A program made the translations under genes and the position numbers. Below the pieces are notes generated by a model. The model did no database searches. It was not told the origin of the DNA and worked only from the letters and a program-made list of their open reading frames with translations. Shown here piece after piece: positions 9,717-19,225 of a DNA stretch of 36,242 bases. How positions within the stretch are numbered: the stretch's first letter is position 1; each line of letters starts with the position of its first letter. The stretch is from Abditibacteriaceae bacterium (lineage in GTDB: Bacteria; Armatimonadota; Abditibacteriia; Abditibacteriales; Abditibacteriaceae): positions 1 to 36,242 of the forward strand of contig JANMKN010000122.1 in the NCBI GenBank assembly GCA_031372065.1, read 5' to 3'.

Positions 9717-10649
9717 TCAGCGGCCAAAACGCGCGTTGACTTCAGCGGGTGACAGTGAAAGATTGCTGGTTGCGCCCGTATCCTGCAAGATTTTCTGCGC
9801 GATCAGTTCGTTGGTCGGCGCTAACGAGCTAAAATGCGTGGCGTTTGCAATTTCGATGAAATGCGCTTTTGGATTGGTTGAATTTTGCTGCATGGCGCGC
9901 AACGAATCAATGTTGCCTTCGTTAGCGCCTTCGATAATCCACACCGGCGACTGAATCGAAGGCAGCCAGTAGCCGGGCGAGCGCAATTCCACTTCTTTTT
10001 TGTTGGAAACATCGAACGGCAAAAAGCCCGAAGAGGCGCCATAACCGGCCACATCGTCCACCGGGCCAAAGGAAAAAACAGCGCGAAAACGGTCGGACGA
10101 TTCGGCCACCAAAAGCACCAAAGTGCCGCCGGTGCTATGACCGCCCAAATAAATGCGTTTGGGGTCAACGTAATTTTGCGTTTCCAAAAATTTTGCGGCA
10201 GCCAAAACATCGTCTACTTCGCCGAAAAATCCTTCTTTGGTGCCCGGATTATCATTGCCGCCGCGCAGCGAGGGGAACATCAGCACGATGCCCGCTTTGC
10301 GATAAGCCGCCGCTGTTTGGTCGTTGTCGGGAGAAGCAGGCGTCCACAGATCGCCAATGGAATTGCAATCGCCGCCGGTAATCCAGATTATAGCGGGATG
10401 CTTTTTTCCATCGCCCGGATCGGGCGTTAAATAAGCCGCCAATTCGCCCACGGGTGATGGATATTTCAAGGTGCGAAACACATTCGGCGGTGCGGCCTCG
10501 GCTGCTTCTTTGGCGCCAACAGATGCTGTCGCCACTGTTTTAAAACCGCGCCGTGCCTCGCTTAAAGAAGCGCCCGACGAAGCAGTTTGCGCGTTTTGCG
10601 ACGCGCAGCCGGCCAACAACAAAAGAGAAAACAACGCGAATTTTTTCAT
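9717..10649 (-). CDS. lipoprotein alpha/beta-hydrolase (S9-like peptidase/esterase)
   Basis: Likely start MKKFALFSLLLLAGC (lipobox) at 10649; GHSTGG elbow; ATHF His. Confidence 0.8.
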   Translation of the reverse strand: MKKFALFSLLLLAGCASQNAQTASSGASLSEARRGFKTVATASVGAKEAAEAAPPNVFRTLKYPSPVGELAAYLTPDPGDGKKHPAIIWITGGDCNSIGDLWTPASPDNDQTAAAYRKAGIVLMFPSLRGGNDNPGTKEGFFGEVDDVLAAAKFLETQNYVDPKRIYLGGHSTGGTLVLLVAESSDRFRAVFSFGPVDDVAGYGASSGFLPFDVSNKKEVELRSPGYWLPSIQSPVWIIEGANEGNIDSLRAMQQNSTNPKAHFIEIANATHFSSLAPTNELIAQKILQDTGATSNLSLSPAEVNARFGR

Positions 10650-10758
10650 AAGGAATCGCGGCGCAGTTTGACCGTTTCCTGAATTAATTGCCAATAAAAC
10701 CCGCAACTTTTGACGCGGTTCTCTTCTAAACTCAGCATAACTTTCAGCGAGGATTATC

Positions 10759-13700
10759 ATGCGAATTTCTCTTTGTCTTTTCAGCGCCGTGCTTTTCTTT
10801 TTGGTTTCGACTTGCCGCGCCCAAATGGTGACGCGCGATGAAATGCCGGGCTTTGGCGAAGCGTTCGGCCTCAAAAAAGAAGCGCAAATCAAAGATTTTA
10901 CCATCGCGCAAAGCGGCTCAAATTTGGGCGCCAATGTGCTATGGCCGCAGGAAAAAATCGAACTGACTTTTCTTGTCCACAACACGGGCGCCGTGCCGTT
11001 AAAATTGGGTGGCAAACTCGAAACAATTGCTTACAACACGCGCGTTGAAGCGGGCGATGTGTGGGTGCCGCACGTGGCGCGCGAAAGCGTTATCGGCAGC
11101 GTGCCGTTTGAAATTGAAGTGCCCGCCAAAACCACGGCGATGTTAAAAGTCGCGCCCACTGTGCCGGAAAAATTCGGCGGCTATGTGACTGTTTTCGATT
11201 GCGGCGCGCAGGGCCGCGCTTTTGGTGCCGCGCTGGTGCGCGTGCCCAAAGCCGATGCGGGCAAAGTGTTCGAGCCGTCTTACGCCTTAGATTTGCCGTG
11301 GCCTTTCGAGATGAGCGAGGCCGTTACCAAAACTTTCGGGCGCCTCGGTGTGCGCGGCGCTCGTATGGGCGCCAGTTACACGCCAAGCGATAATGCCAAT
11401 TTTCAAAATTCGCTGAACGAACTCGAAGAACATCTCAAATGGGCGCAGGAAAATAACATTACGGTCATGCTGACCATCGGCAGCGGCCCGCAAAATGACA
11501 AGTCGCAGCCGCTGGGCCGCGCTCGTCCGTGGCTCGATGAAAACGGCGCGATGCAAGACACCAAAACCGACACCGCGTGGCTGCCGCAATATGATGATGA
11601 TTTTCAAAAATGGGTGACGCAAGTCGTCAGCAAATACGGCTGGCCGCGCGGCCCGGTCAACGCCGTCGAACTGTGGAACGAGCCGTGGGAAGGCATCTCG
11701 ATTTCCGGTTGGGGCGCCGATTTGCCGCGCTATCGTGAACTTTACGAGCGCATGGCAAAAGGCGTGGTGGAAGCGCGCAAAAGCGGCGTGCAAGTGCTGA
11801 TTGGCGGCGCTTGTTCCAGCACTAACACCTGGGACAAATTGTTTCCCGATGGCGACCAAAAGTTTCTGCCCTTGCTCGATTTCGTTTCGATTCACTATCA
11901 GGAAATGGCCGCTTCGCCGTCCCTGGTGCGAACATGGCAAAGCCGCAAAAGCCCGTATGGCCGCGTGCGCGTTTGGGACACGGAAAGTTGGGTCGCTAAT
12001 TCGGAAGATCGCGTGGCGGGCGTCATCGCTTCGATGCGCGCCCAAGGCCAAGATCGCACGGCGGGCATTTATCAGGGCAACGTTTACACGCCGCAATGGG
12101 TGGACGAAAACGGCAAAGAAGAATTCGATGGACGCCGCCGCAAATTCCCCGTCGCGCAAGCGTGGGCGCCCGCTGCGGCTGTGGCGGCAGTTAATCAATA
12201 TATCGGGCAGCGCCATTATCGCGGCCTCTTGTTTCAAAACGGCTTGCCGTGGATTTTCGTGTTCGACGGCTCCCGCGTGGGCCGCGCTTTGAACGCGCTG
12301 CCCGAAGGCGACGCCGATGACGGCACCGTTGTCGTTTTGGGCGATTTGGGCGGGCTGTATAACAAAGACAAAACGCTGTTTCGCGGCGTGCAAGGTTTGA
12401 GTAACGCGCCCAAAGTCGCCGACTTGAAAAGCAAAATCGCCGCGCTTCCTGCCGACTCAAAAGAGCGCGAGGCTTTGGAAAAACAACTCAAAGCGGCGAC
12501 GATTTTAAGCGGCGCGAAACTGACTTTAAGCAGCGACAAAGGCCGGTTTCGCTTGCTCGATTTTTACGGCAATGCTGTGGCCGAGCAAAACGGAAAAATC
12601 GAAGTGCCACTCGGCGGTTTGGGTTACTTTTTGCGCACCGATGGCAGCAAGGGTTCGTTTGAGGCGCTTTTACAAGAACTGCGCGCGGCGCGCATTGAAG
12701 GCTTCGAGCCGATTGATATTGTGGCGCACGATTGGACGCAATCGCTGACGAAAAACCCGCCGCTGCATTTGACTTTGACTAACATTTTAAACCGACCCGT
12801 GCAGGGCGCCATTCGCATCGAAAGCGACGGGAAATTGCTTTATACAGAAGGTTTATCTTTTGAGCCGAACGAAACGCAGGAATTTCTCGCGCCGCTTGAA
12901 ATCGCGCCGCGCGCCGACAATCGTTACAACATCAAAATTCGTTTCATCACGGGCCGCGACGGGCAAGCCGACCACGAAGAAATTTTGCACGCCAATGTCA
13001 TCGCCAAGCGCACGATTAAAGTAGACGGCAAGCTCGACGAAGCCGAATGGCAAGGCGCTTTGCCGCAAATTCTCAGCGCGCAGGGACTGGAAAAAAGCCT
13101 CGCCGAAAACGCGTGGTTGCCGTTCGTGAAATTTGAAAACGCCACGCAAAACGGCGCGGCGACGGGATATTTGGCTTACGATAATCAGAACTTTTATTTC
13201 GCCGCCAAGATTGCCGATGCGACGCCCGATGCCGGCAACGTGCGCTTTTCAACGCGCGACGATGACTCGTATTATTATCCCGCCGTCAGTTACGAAGTCG
13301 CCAAAGACGGCACCAAAAAAGAATTGAAATGGCCGGACGGCGTGCGGCGTTATTCGTATAAACGCGGCCCGGATTTGCCGTCGGGCAACGCGCCCAAACA
13401 CGACAATGTGCAAATCGCCTTTAATGCGGTTCCGCTCGGCAAAGACGATTGGCTGCCCAACCCGCCCGGCGCGCCGCCGCGCTGGATGGTCTACAAAGAC
13501 ACCGACTACGAATACGCGCTCAACGATGTCGCGCCCGCGTTTGGCGGCGGCACCGAATTGTGGCGAATGCTGGTGCCGAATATGCCGCGCAAAATGTTTT
13601 ATCCGCGCCAACCGAAATGGCCCGGCGATAAAATTCACAGCGAAGGCGCCGTTGCCAAAGGCGCTTTAGCCACGCGGCGCGAGGGCAACACACGCTTCGT

Positions 13701-13914
13701 CGAATGCGCCCTGCCGTGGAGCGAAATTCCCGACGTGAAACGCTTGCTTGATGGTGGCAAACCGCTGAAATTCTCCTTCCGCGTCAACGACAACGACGGC
13801 CCCGCCTACGAATTAGCGCAAGAACGCAGCGTCAGCAAAATCAACGACCAAGCGTTTCATGTAGATTGGGTCACACACTGGGCCAACGAAGTGGAATTTG
13901 GGTGGGAGAAGTAA
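10759..13914 (+). CDS. large secreted clan GH-A glycoside hydrolase-like protein with C-terminal CBM9-like domain
   Basis: Signal peptide; ELWNEP acid/base, FVSIHY, VWDTES nucleophile-like; IKVDGKLDEAEW and AYDNQNFYFAAKIAD are typical of CBM9/DOMON-like domains. Confidence 0.7.
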   Translation: MRISLCLFSAVLFFLVSTCRAQMVTRDEMPGFGEAFGLKKEAQIKDFTIAQSGSNLGANVLWPQEKIELTFLVHNTGAVPLKLGGKLETIAYNTRVEAGDVWVPHVARESVIGSVPFEIEVPAKTTAMLKVAPTVPEKFGGYVTVFDCGAQGRAFGAALVRVPKADAGKVFEPSYALDLPWPFEMSEAVTKTFGRLGVRGARMGASYTPSDNANFQNSLNELEEHLKWAQENNITVMLTIGSGPQNDKSQPLGRARPWLDENGAMQDTKTDTAWLPQYDDDFQKWVTQVVSKYGWPRGPVNAVELWNEPWEGISISGWGADLPRYRELYERMAKGVVEARKSGVQVLIGGACSSTNTWDKLFPDGDQKFLPLLDFVSIHYQEMAASPSLVRTWQSRKSPYGRVRVWDTESWVANSEDRVAGVIASMRAQGQDRTAGIYQGNVYTPQWVDENGKEEFDGRRRKFPVAQAWAPAAAVAAVNQYIGQRHYRGLLFQNGLPWIFVFDGSRVGRALNALPEGDADDGTVVVLGDLGGLYNKDKTLFRGVQGLSNAPKVADLKSKIAALPADSKEREALEKQLKAATILSGAKLTLSSDKGRFRLLDFYGNAVAEQNGKIEVPLGGLGYFLRTDGSKGSFEALLQELRAARIEGFEPIDIVAHDWTQSLTKNPPLHLTLTNILNRPVQGAIRIESDGKLLYTEGLSFEPNETQEFLAPLEIAPRADNRYNIKIRFITGRDGQADHEEILHANVIAKRTIKVDGKLDEAEWQGALPQILSAQGLEKSLAENAWLPFVKFENATQNGAATGYLAYDNQNFYFAAKIADATPDAGNVRFSTRDDDSYYYPAVSYEVAKDGTKKELKWPDGVRRYSYKRGPDLPSGNAPKHDNVQIAFNAVPLGKDDWLPNPPGAPPRWMVYKDTDYEYALNDVAPAFGGGTELWRMLVPNMPRKMFYPRQPKWPGDKIHSEGAVAKGALATRREGNTRFVECALPWSEIPDVKRLLDGGKPLKFSFRVNDNDGPAYELAQERSVSKINDQAFHVDWVTHWANEVEFGWEK

Positions 13915-13947
13915 AATAACCCAACAATTAGGCGGCAAGAGCGAAAT

Positions 13948-14172
13948 ATGATGCGGGTAGTTTCATTTGTAGCGAGACTCGCCATGAGAGGGTTTTTCCC
14001 ACTTGCGACTCTCACTTTGACTGGTGTAGCGGTTTACGCTGTCGTAATGGTTCTTGAATTGATTATTGGGCGTCGCTTTCCAAATTACACAATTTTAATC
14101 TTGGCTTTTGTTTGTTGGATAAACATCATGCTAAGAATAAGACCTCCTCAAGATGAGACATCTCCTGAGTGA
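13948..14172 (+). CDS. small two-TM membrane protein
   Basis: 74 aa with two hydrophobic stretches; visibly lower GC than its neighbours. Confidence 0.5.
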   Translation: MMRVVSFVARLAMRGFFPLATLTLTGVAVYAVVMVLELIIGRRFPNYTILILAFVCWINIMLRIRPPQDETSPE

Positions 14173-14201
14173 GCAGTCAAAGGGAATTGAGTTTGGTTAA
14201 A

Positions 14202-14249
14202 GTAGGGGCACGCTACGGCGTGCCCGGACACGCCGTAGCGTGTCCCTAC
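14202..14249. repeat. GTAG-family REP doublet (REPIN-like)
   Basis: GTAGGGGCACGCTACGGCGTGCCC followed by the inverted copy GGACACGCCGTAGCGTGTCCCTAC. Confidence 0.85.
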
Positions 14250-14423
14250 AGGCGCCGCAAAAAATCCTCTTGCCAGTCGCGCCTTGTTTTTGCCATAATT
14301 CTGAGTGACCACAGCGGGAAAAGAGGGCGGTGCAGGGCGCAAACCTGAATTTACACGCCGCGTTCAGGGGCAGAGGCCCGCTTTGTTGCGTAAGACGCGC
14401 TGTTTGAGGCGCCAGATGAGAAT

Positions 14424-14600
14424 CGTATTGCCCTTTATAGAGGGTGTAAATCGCTATTGGAGCGACGTATAGAGCTATACAAGGCTCGTAAATCACTATA
14501 CGCGGGTCGTATAGGTCTATACAGAACTCGTAAAGCCCTATACGCCCTTCGTAAAGCACTATACGACGCTCGTATAGTGCTATACACCTCTCGTATAGTG
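14424..14600. repeat. 21-bp period tandem array of palindromic GTAWAG-NN-CTATAC units
   Basis: Unit starts at 14424, 14445, 14466, 14487, 14508, 14529, 14550, 14571 and 14592 (partial); exact 21-bp spacing. Confidence 0.92.
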
Positions 14601-14658
14601 CCCGGCGCGGCGCGTTTTTCGATGTTTGAGGATGATCTCTGCCATCAGGAGGGAATCG

Positions 14659-15321
14659 GTGTTTAAACCACGTTTCAAAGACAACGATGGCCTGTTTGCG
14701 GATCAGGCGGAAGGCTTGATTCAGTTTTTCCGCGACAACAAAACGCGCTTGGGCCTCACTGACGCGCAAATTGATGCCCTCGAAGCCATCGTGTCGCCGT
14801 TTCGTCCGGCACTCAATGCTTACAATGCCAGCGTGTTGACAACGCATAGCAGATCGCTGGTGCGCGACACCGCCAAAGAAAACGCGCTGAAGGCGCTCGG
14901 CACTTTTGTGGACAATCTTGGTGACAAGTTCACCAATCCCGACCGCGTCGCCAACGAGATGCCCGAACTCACCGGCCCCGGCGGGCCGCGTCCGGTGCCG
15001 AGCGAAGTGCCGCTACTTGTTATCACCAACGGCGCGCCGAGCGAATTCAAGGTGCAAATTTTCGATGCCGCTCATCCGGCGCGTCTGGGCAAGCCCGAAG
15101 ATGTGGACGACGCCGAACTGCGCTGGGAAGAAGACGATGGCAATGTGCCCGCCGATTACGACGATTGGCATCCCTGCATCACACCGACGAATTTTCGTTC
15201 GCCGTCTAAATTGCGCCTTAAACCGGCCTTGCGCGGCAAAACCATCCTCGTGGTGGCGCGCTTTCGCAATACCAATGGCGATGGGCCGTGGAGCCAACCC
15301 GTTTCCGCCATTTTAGCGTGA
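14659..15321 (+). CDS. hypothetical cytoplasmic protein: N-terminal helical domain plus C-terminal fibronectin type III-like domain
   Basis: GTG at 14659 with AGGAGG; helical N-half, Pro/Gly linker, then GKPEDVDDAELRW...VARFRNTNGDGPWSQPV (Fn3-like G-P-W-S end); no signal peptide. Confidence 0.75.
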   Translation: MFKPRFKDNDGLFADQAEGLIQFFRDNKTRLGLTDAQIDALEAIVSPFRPALNAYNASVLTTHSRSLVRDTAKENALKALGTFVDNLGDKFTNPDRVANEMPELTGPGGPRPVPSEVPLLVITNGAPSEFKVQIFDAAHPARLGKPEDVDDAELRWEEDDGNVPADYDDWHPCITPTNFRSPSKLRLKPALRGKTILVVARFRNTNGDGPWSQPVSAILA

Positions 15322-15338
15322 AGCTAAAAGCTCCAACA

Positions 15339-15372
15339 AAAAGCGCGTTTCTTGCTCAAGAAGCGCGCTTTT
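15339..15372 (+). terminator. intrinsic terminator after the Fn3-like gene
   Basis: AAAAGCGCGTTTCTTG-ct-CAAGAAGCGCGCTTTT (one G:U). Confidence 0.65.
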
Positions 15373-15522
15373 AAGCGGGCGAGACACCCGCGCCATATTA
15401 AATTATGAAAAGCAACTCATATTGCGCGGTTGCTTTGTGTTAGAACAAAGAGCGACGAAGTCGCTCTTTCCAGTGCCTACCATAAGCGCACTGTGTAACG
15501 TGAGTGAGAAAGGAAGAAACCG

Positions 15523-16662
15523 ATTCGTATTCTTGTGACGGGTGGCGGCAGTGCAGGGCACATTAGCCCGGCGTTGGCCGTGATTCAAACCCTTAAGGAC
15601 AGCGCGCCCGATGGCAATCGGGCGCCGGAGTTTTTGTATCTGGGCGGGCGACGCGGCTTAGAAGAAGAGCAAGTGACGCGCGCCGGAATTCGTTTTGCGG
15701 GCGTCGAAACCGGCAAATTGCGGCGTTATTTCTCGTGGCAGAATTTCACCGATGCCGGACGGGTGCCGCTCGGCATTTTACAAGCGGTAGGCATTGTGCG
15801 GCGCTTTCGTCCCGATGTGGTTTTTTCAACCGGCGGTTATGTCAGCGTGCCGCCGGTCATGGCCGCGCGGCTTTTAAACATTCCGATTTTGATTCATGAA
15901 CAAACGGTGCAAGTCGGCCTTGCTAATCGCATCGCGGCACGCTGCGCCACGAAAATCGCGCTCAGTTGGGACAGCGCGCTGCAAGATTTAACGCCGAATT
16001 TGCAAAAAAAGGCTTTCGTTGCGGGCAATCCGGTGCGCGGGCAGATTTTCGCGGGCGATAAAGCTGCCGCGAATCGCTTTTTCGATTTTGACGACGAAAA
16101 TCTGCCGTCGCTTTACGTCACCGGCGGTAGTCAGGGTTCGCGCCTCATCAATCGCGCGGTGGAAGATGCGCTGCCCGAATTATTGAAAACTTGTCGCATT
16201 ATTCATCAATGCGGCAAGCAACCGGATGGGCAGGAACAAGATTTTGATCGCCTTGAAAACGCTGTGAAGAATCTGCCGCCGGAATTGGCGCGGCGCTATC
16301 GTTTTACGCGCTATGTGCGCGAGGAAATCAATCACGTTTTCGCGTGGGCCGATTTGGTTTTAGGGCGCGCGGGCGCCGGAACGGTGAGCGAATTGTGCGT
16401 TCTGGGCAAACCGGCGGTTTATGTGCCTTTGGTGCCCACCGGCGGCGACGAGCAAACGCGCAACGCCCAAATGGGCGAAACAGCAGGCGCCGCGAAAATC
16501 ATCAAGCAAAGCGAATGCGATGCGGCGAAACTATGGGACGTTTTGCCGCCCCTCTTAAACGATGGCCCGCAATTAGCCGAAATGAGCGCCGCCGCGCTCA
16601 CTTTAGCCAAACCCGGCGCCGCGCAGACTTTAGCAAATACCATTTTGGAATTGGGAAAATGA
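15523..16662 (+). CDS. murG: MurG UDP-GlcNAc:lipid I GlcNAc transferase (GT28); start uncertain (ATT 15523 or GTG 15535)
   Basis: TGGGSAGH, GKLRRY, STGGYVS, HEQ, GNPVR, GGSQGS, GRAGAGTVSE, EQTRNA. Confidence 0.88.
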   Translation: MRILVTGGGSAGHISPALAVIQTLKDSAPDGNRAPEFLYLGGRRGLEEEQVTRAGIRFAGVETGKLRRYFSWQNFTDAGRVPLGILQAVGIVRRFRPDVVFSTGGYVSVPPVMAARLLNIPILIHEQTVQVGLANRIAARCATKIALSWDSALQDLTPNLQKKAFVAGNPVRGQIFAGDKAAANRFFDFDDENLPSLYVTGGSQGSRLINRAVEDALPELLKTCRIIHQCGKQPDGQEQDFDRLENAVKNLPPELARRYRFTRYVREEINHVFAWADLVLGRAGAGTVSELCVLGKPAVYVPLVPTGGDEQTRNAQMGETAGAAKIIKQSECDAAKLWDVLPPLLNDGPQLAEMSAAALTLAKPGAAQTLANTILELGK

Positions 16663-16702
16663 TTCATCGCGTCTCTGCGGTGAATTTAAATTAAGGAGCC
16701 AA

Positions 16703-17820
16703 ATGCAAGACCCTCGCATTGAAAAATTAGCGGACGTTTTGGTGTCGCACTCGTGTCAGTTGACCAAGAAAGACACTGTTTTAATCGAAGCCTTCGATGT
16801 GCCCGAAGCGATGACGATTGCGCTCATCAAAGCGGTGCAGGCCAAAGGTGCGACGCCCATTGTCAACGTGCGCCAATCGCAAGTGACGCGTGCTTTGATG
16901 CACGGCATGACCAAAAAAACTGCCAAATTGAACACGGCCATCGCGATGGAGCAAACCAAAAAAGCCGATGCTTACATCGCGGTGCGCGGGGCCAATAACA
17001 CCGCCGAAATGTCGGATGTGCCACCGGAGAAACAGAAAATCTACTCGGCCAACGGGGGACATGATGTGCAGTTGCGGCGCGTTAATCACACGCGTTGGGT
17101 GGTGCTGCGTTTTCCCTCGCCGTCAATGGCGCAAGACGCGCAAATGTCCACCGAAACGTTTGAAGAGTTCTTTTTTCAGGTTTGCACGATGGACTACGCG
17201 AAAATGGCGCGCGCCTGCGAACCGCTCGTTGAACTGATGGAAAAAACTAATCGCGTGCATATCACAGGGCCGGGCACCGATTTGAAATTTTCGATCAAAG
17301 ATATTCCGGCGATTCCCTGTTTTGGCGAGCGCAACATTCCCGACGGCGAATGCTTCACGGCGCCGGTGAAAAACAGCGTCGAAGGCCAAATCACCTTCAA
17401 TTCGCCCACCATTGAATCAGGCGTGACACATGAAAATGTGTGCCTGAAATTCAAGAAGGGCAAAATCGTCGAGGCGACTTCGAGCAATTCGGAAAAGCTC
17501 AACGAAGCCTTAAATCGCGACGACGGCGCGCGTTATATCGGCGAATTTGCCATCGGTTTCAATCCGTATATCACCAAACCGATGCGCGACATTTTGTTCG
17601 ACGAAAAAATCGCCGGTTCTTTTCATTTCACGCCCGGCCAAGCCTACGAAATCGCCGACAACGGCAATCGCAGCGAAGTGCATTGGGACATGGTCTGCAT
17701 TCAGCGCCCCGATTTCGGCGGTGGCGAAATTACTTCGACAACAAACTGATTCGCAAAGACGGCCTTTTCGTGTTGCCGCAATTGGAAGGTTTGAACCCGG
17801 ACAATTTGAAAAGCGAATAG
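16703..17820 (+). pseudogene. M29 (thermophilic metalloprotease / AmpS-like) aminopeptidase with a 1-nt frameshift near the 3' end
   Basis: DPRIEKLA, NIPDGECFTAP, GEFAIG, DILFDEKIAGSFH, HWDMV. The frame shifts at about 17730 into [13 protein letters not shown]...; may be a sequencing error. Confidence 0.8.
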
Positions 17821-17832
17821 GGAATCAAAACA

Positions 17833-17868
17833 AAAAGGGGAGACATGATTTTTCATGTCTCCCCTTTT
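17833..17868. terminator. bidirectional intrinsic terminator
   Basis: AAAAGGGGAGACATGA-tttt-TCATGTCTCCCCTTTT between convergent genes. Confidence 0.85.
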
Positions 17869-17886
17869 GTGTTCTGTGGTTGCCTT

Positions 17887-18393
17887 TTACTGTTCTCGTT
17901 CGGCGGACATAACGGCTCCAGCGATGATGATACCGACGCCGGATAAGAGTTGCACCATCGAGGAGATGGTCAGGCCGCTTTGCGCTTGGGCGGTGTCGTA
18001 ATCGGTGCCCGCAGTGGGCGTGGTGGCGTCTTCGATGGGCGTGTAGGCATCAGGCTCTTGATGCATCGCGTATTCGCCGAGCGCCATGCTGGCAACCGAT
18101 GACACCAGCGCCGTGACCATCAATAAATCTTTGACAGCCGCCGTAGTTTTGTAACAACTGCTGGCGTTTTCAGGGCCGCCGCGCCGGATGGCGACGTGCG
18201 AAATCAAGGCGCCAAGCAGACCGGCTGCCGCCCACGGCTGAAACAAGGCCCAGCCTTCGTCCACCATTTTGCCGCGTTCTTCGGGATCGTCCAGCACTTC
18301 GACGGCGGGATTCATCGCCAGTGTGCCCATCAACGTGCCGCCAAACCACACAGCGGTGCCGAGATCGTGAATTGCTTTGCTAATTTTGCCCAT
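17887..18393 (-). CDS. hypothetical 4-TM membrane protein
   Basis: AGGAGG precedes ATG at 18393; HDLGTAVWFGGTLMG helix and three more hydrophobic segments. Confidence 0.75.
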   Translation of the reverse strand: MGKISKAIHDLGTAVWFGGTLMGTLAMNPAVEVLDDPEERGKMVDEGWALFQPWAAAGLLGALISHVAIRRGGPENASSCYKTTAAVKDLLMVTALVSSVASMALGEYAMHQEPDAYTPIEDATTPTAGTDYDTAQAQSGLTISSMVQLLSGVGIIIAGAVMSAEREQ

Positions 18394-18523
18394 GTAAGGC
18401 CTCCTGAATTTTGGGAAATTTGATTTATCCAACGCTAACCCGATAAGTTTACTTCGTAACGGCGCATTCGGAAGTTCAAGATTTCAGGCTCTACGTTGAC
18501 GGTGGAGCCTCGACCTGCAACTC

Positions 18524-19225
18524 TCACGCCGTCGCGCGCTGCGGAACATAGGTTTCGGTCAAAGAGCCGTCGCGCATTCGGAAAATCACATCGGCGTCGT
18601 CCAAAATTTCCAAATCATGCGTAACTGTAATCAACGCGCCGTGTTCGCGCTGTGTTTTCAAAACCTGCATCACGCGGGCGCCGGTGGCGAGATCGAGATT
18701 GGCCGTTGGCTCATCCACAAACAGATAGCGTGGGCGATGCACCAAACCGCGCGCAATCGAAACGCGCACGCGCTCGCCACCAGAGCATTCGTTGGGAAAT
18801 TTCGGCGCTAATTCGGCCAATCCCAAATGCTCCAAAAGCCAATAGGCGCGATCAATGTCTTCTGGTTTTGGGTCTTCGACTGGCACTAAAATGTTTTCGA
18901 GCAGATTTAAATACGGAATCAAAAACGGCTGCTGAAAAATGAAACCGAAGTTCTGACGGCGAAATGATAATTGCTGCGGAATCGGCGCTTTGGAAAAGTG
19001 AAAATCGCCGAAATAAACCTCGCCCGCCGTGGCCGTTTTGAGGCCCGACAGCAAATAAAGCAGCGAACTTTTGCCGCTGCCCGACGGCCCGACACTGCCC
19101 GCGAAAGAATTTTCGCCGATGCGCAAACTCACCGAACGCACCGCATACGTCGTCGTGCGCGGCGTGATGTAAGTCAGCGTCAAGTTTTCGCACTGAATTG
19201 AATGTGGTGAACGACGTTCTGTCAA
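18524..19225 (-). CDS. ABC transporter ATP-binding protein (LolD/MacB-like)
   Basis: GPSGSGKS, FIFQQP, CSGGE, FVDEPT, VTHD. Start placed at TTG 19225 because upstream codons are repeat-derived. Confidence 0.9.
   Translation of the reverse strand: MTERRSPHSIQCENLTLTYITPRTTTYAVRSVSLRIGENSFAGSVGPSGSGKSSLLYLLSGLKTATAGEVYFGDFHFSKAPIPQQLSFRRQNFGFIFQQPFLIPYLNLLENILVPVEDPKPEDIDRAYWLLEHLGLAELAPKFPNECSGGERVRVSIARGLVHRPRYLFVDEPTANLDLATGARVMQVLKTQREHGALITVTHDLEILDDADVIFRMRDGSLTETYVPQRATA

Noticed and set aside
10650..11015. N-terminal extension of the 432-aa minus ORF
   Set aside because: Overlaps the divergent gene; the lipoprotein signal begins at 10649.
11287..12393. 368-aa antisense ORF and similar long antisense ORFs
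   Set aside because: Shadow frames of well-supported genes, with no recognisable motifs.
14424..14600. CRISPR or TIGR array interpretation of the 21-bp array
   Set aside because: Variable parts are only 2 and 6 nt, there are no cas genes, no box C/D motifs, and the neighbouring protein does not look like a Nop-domain protein.
14197..14847. 216-aa minus-strand ORF
   Set aside because: Antisense to the Fn3-like gene and runs through the array and REP; likely a shadow ORF.
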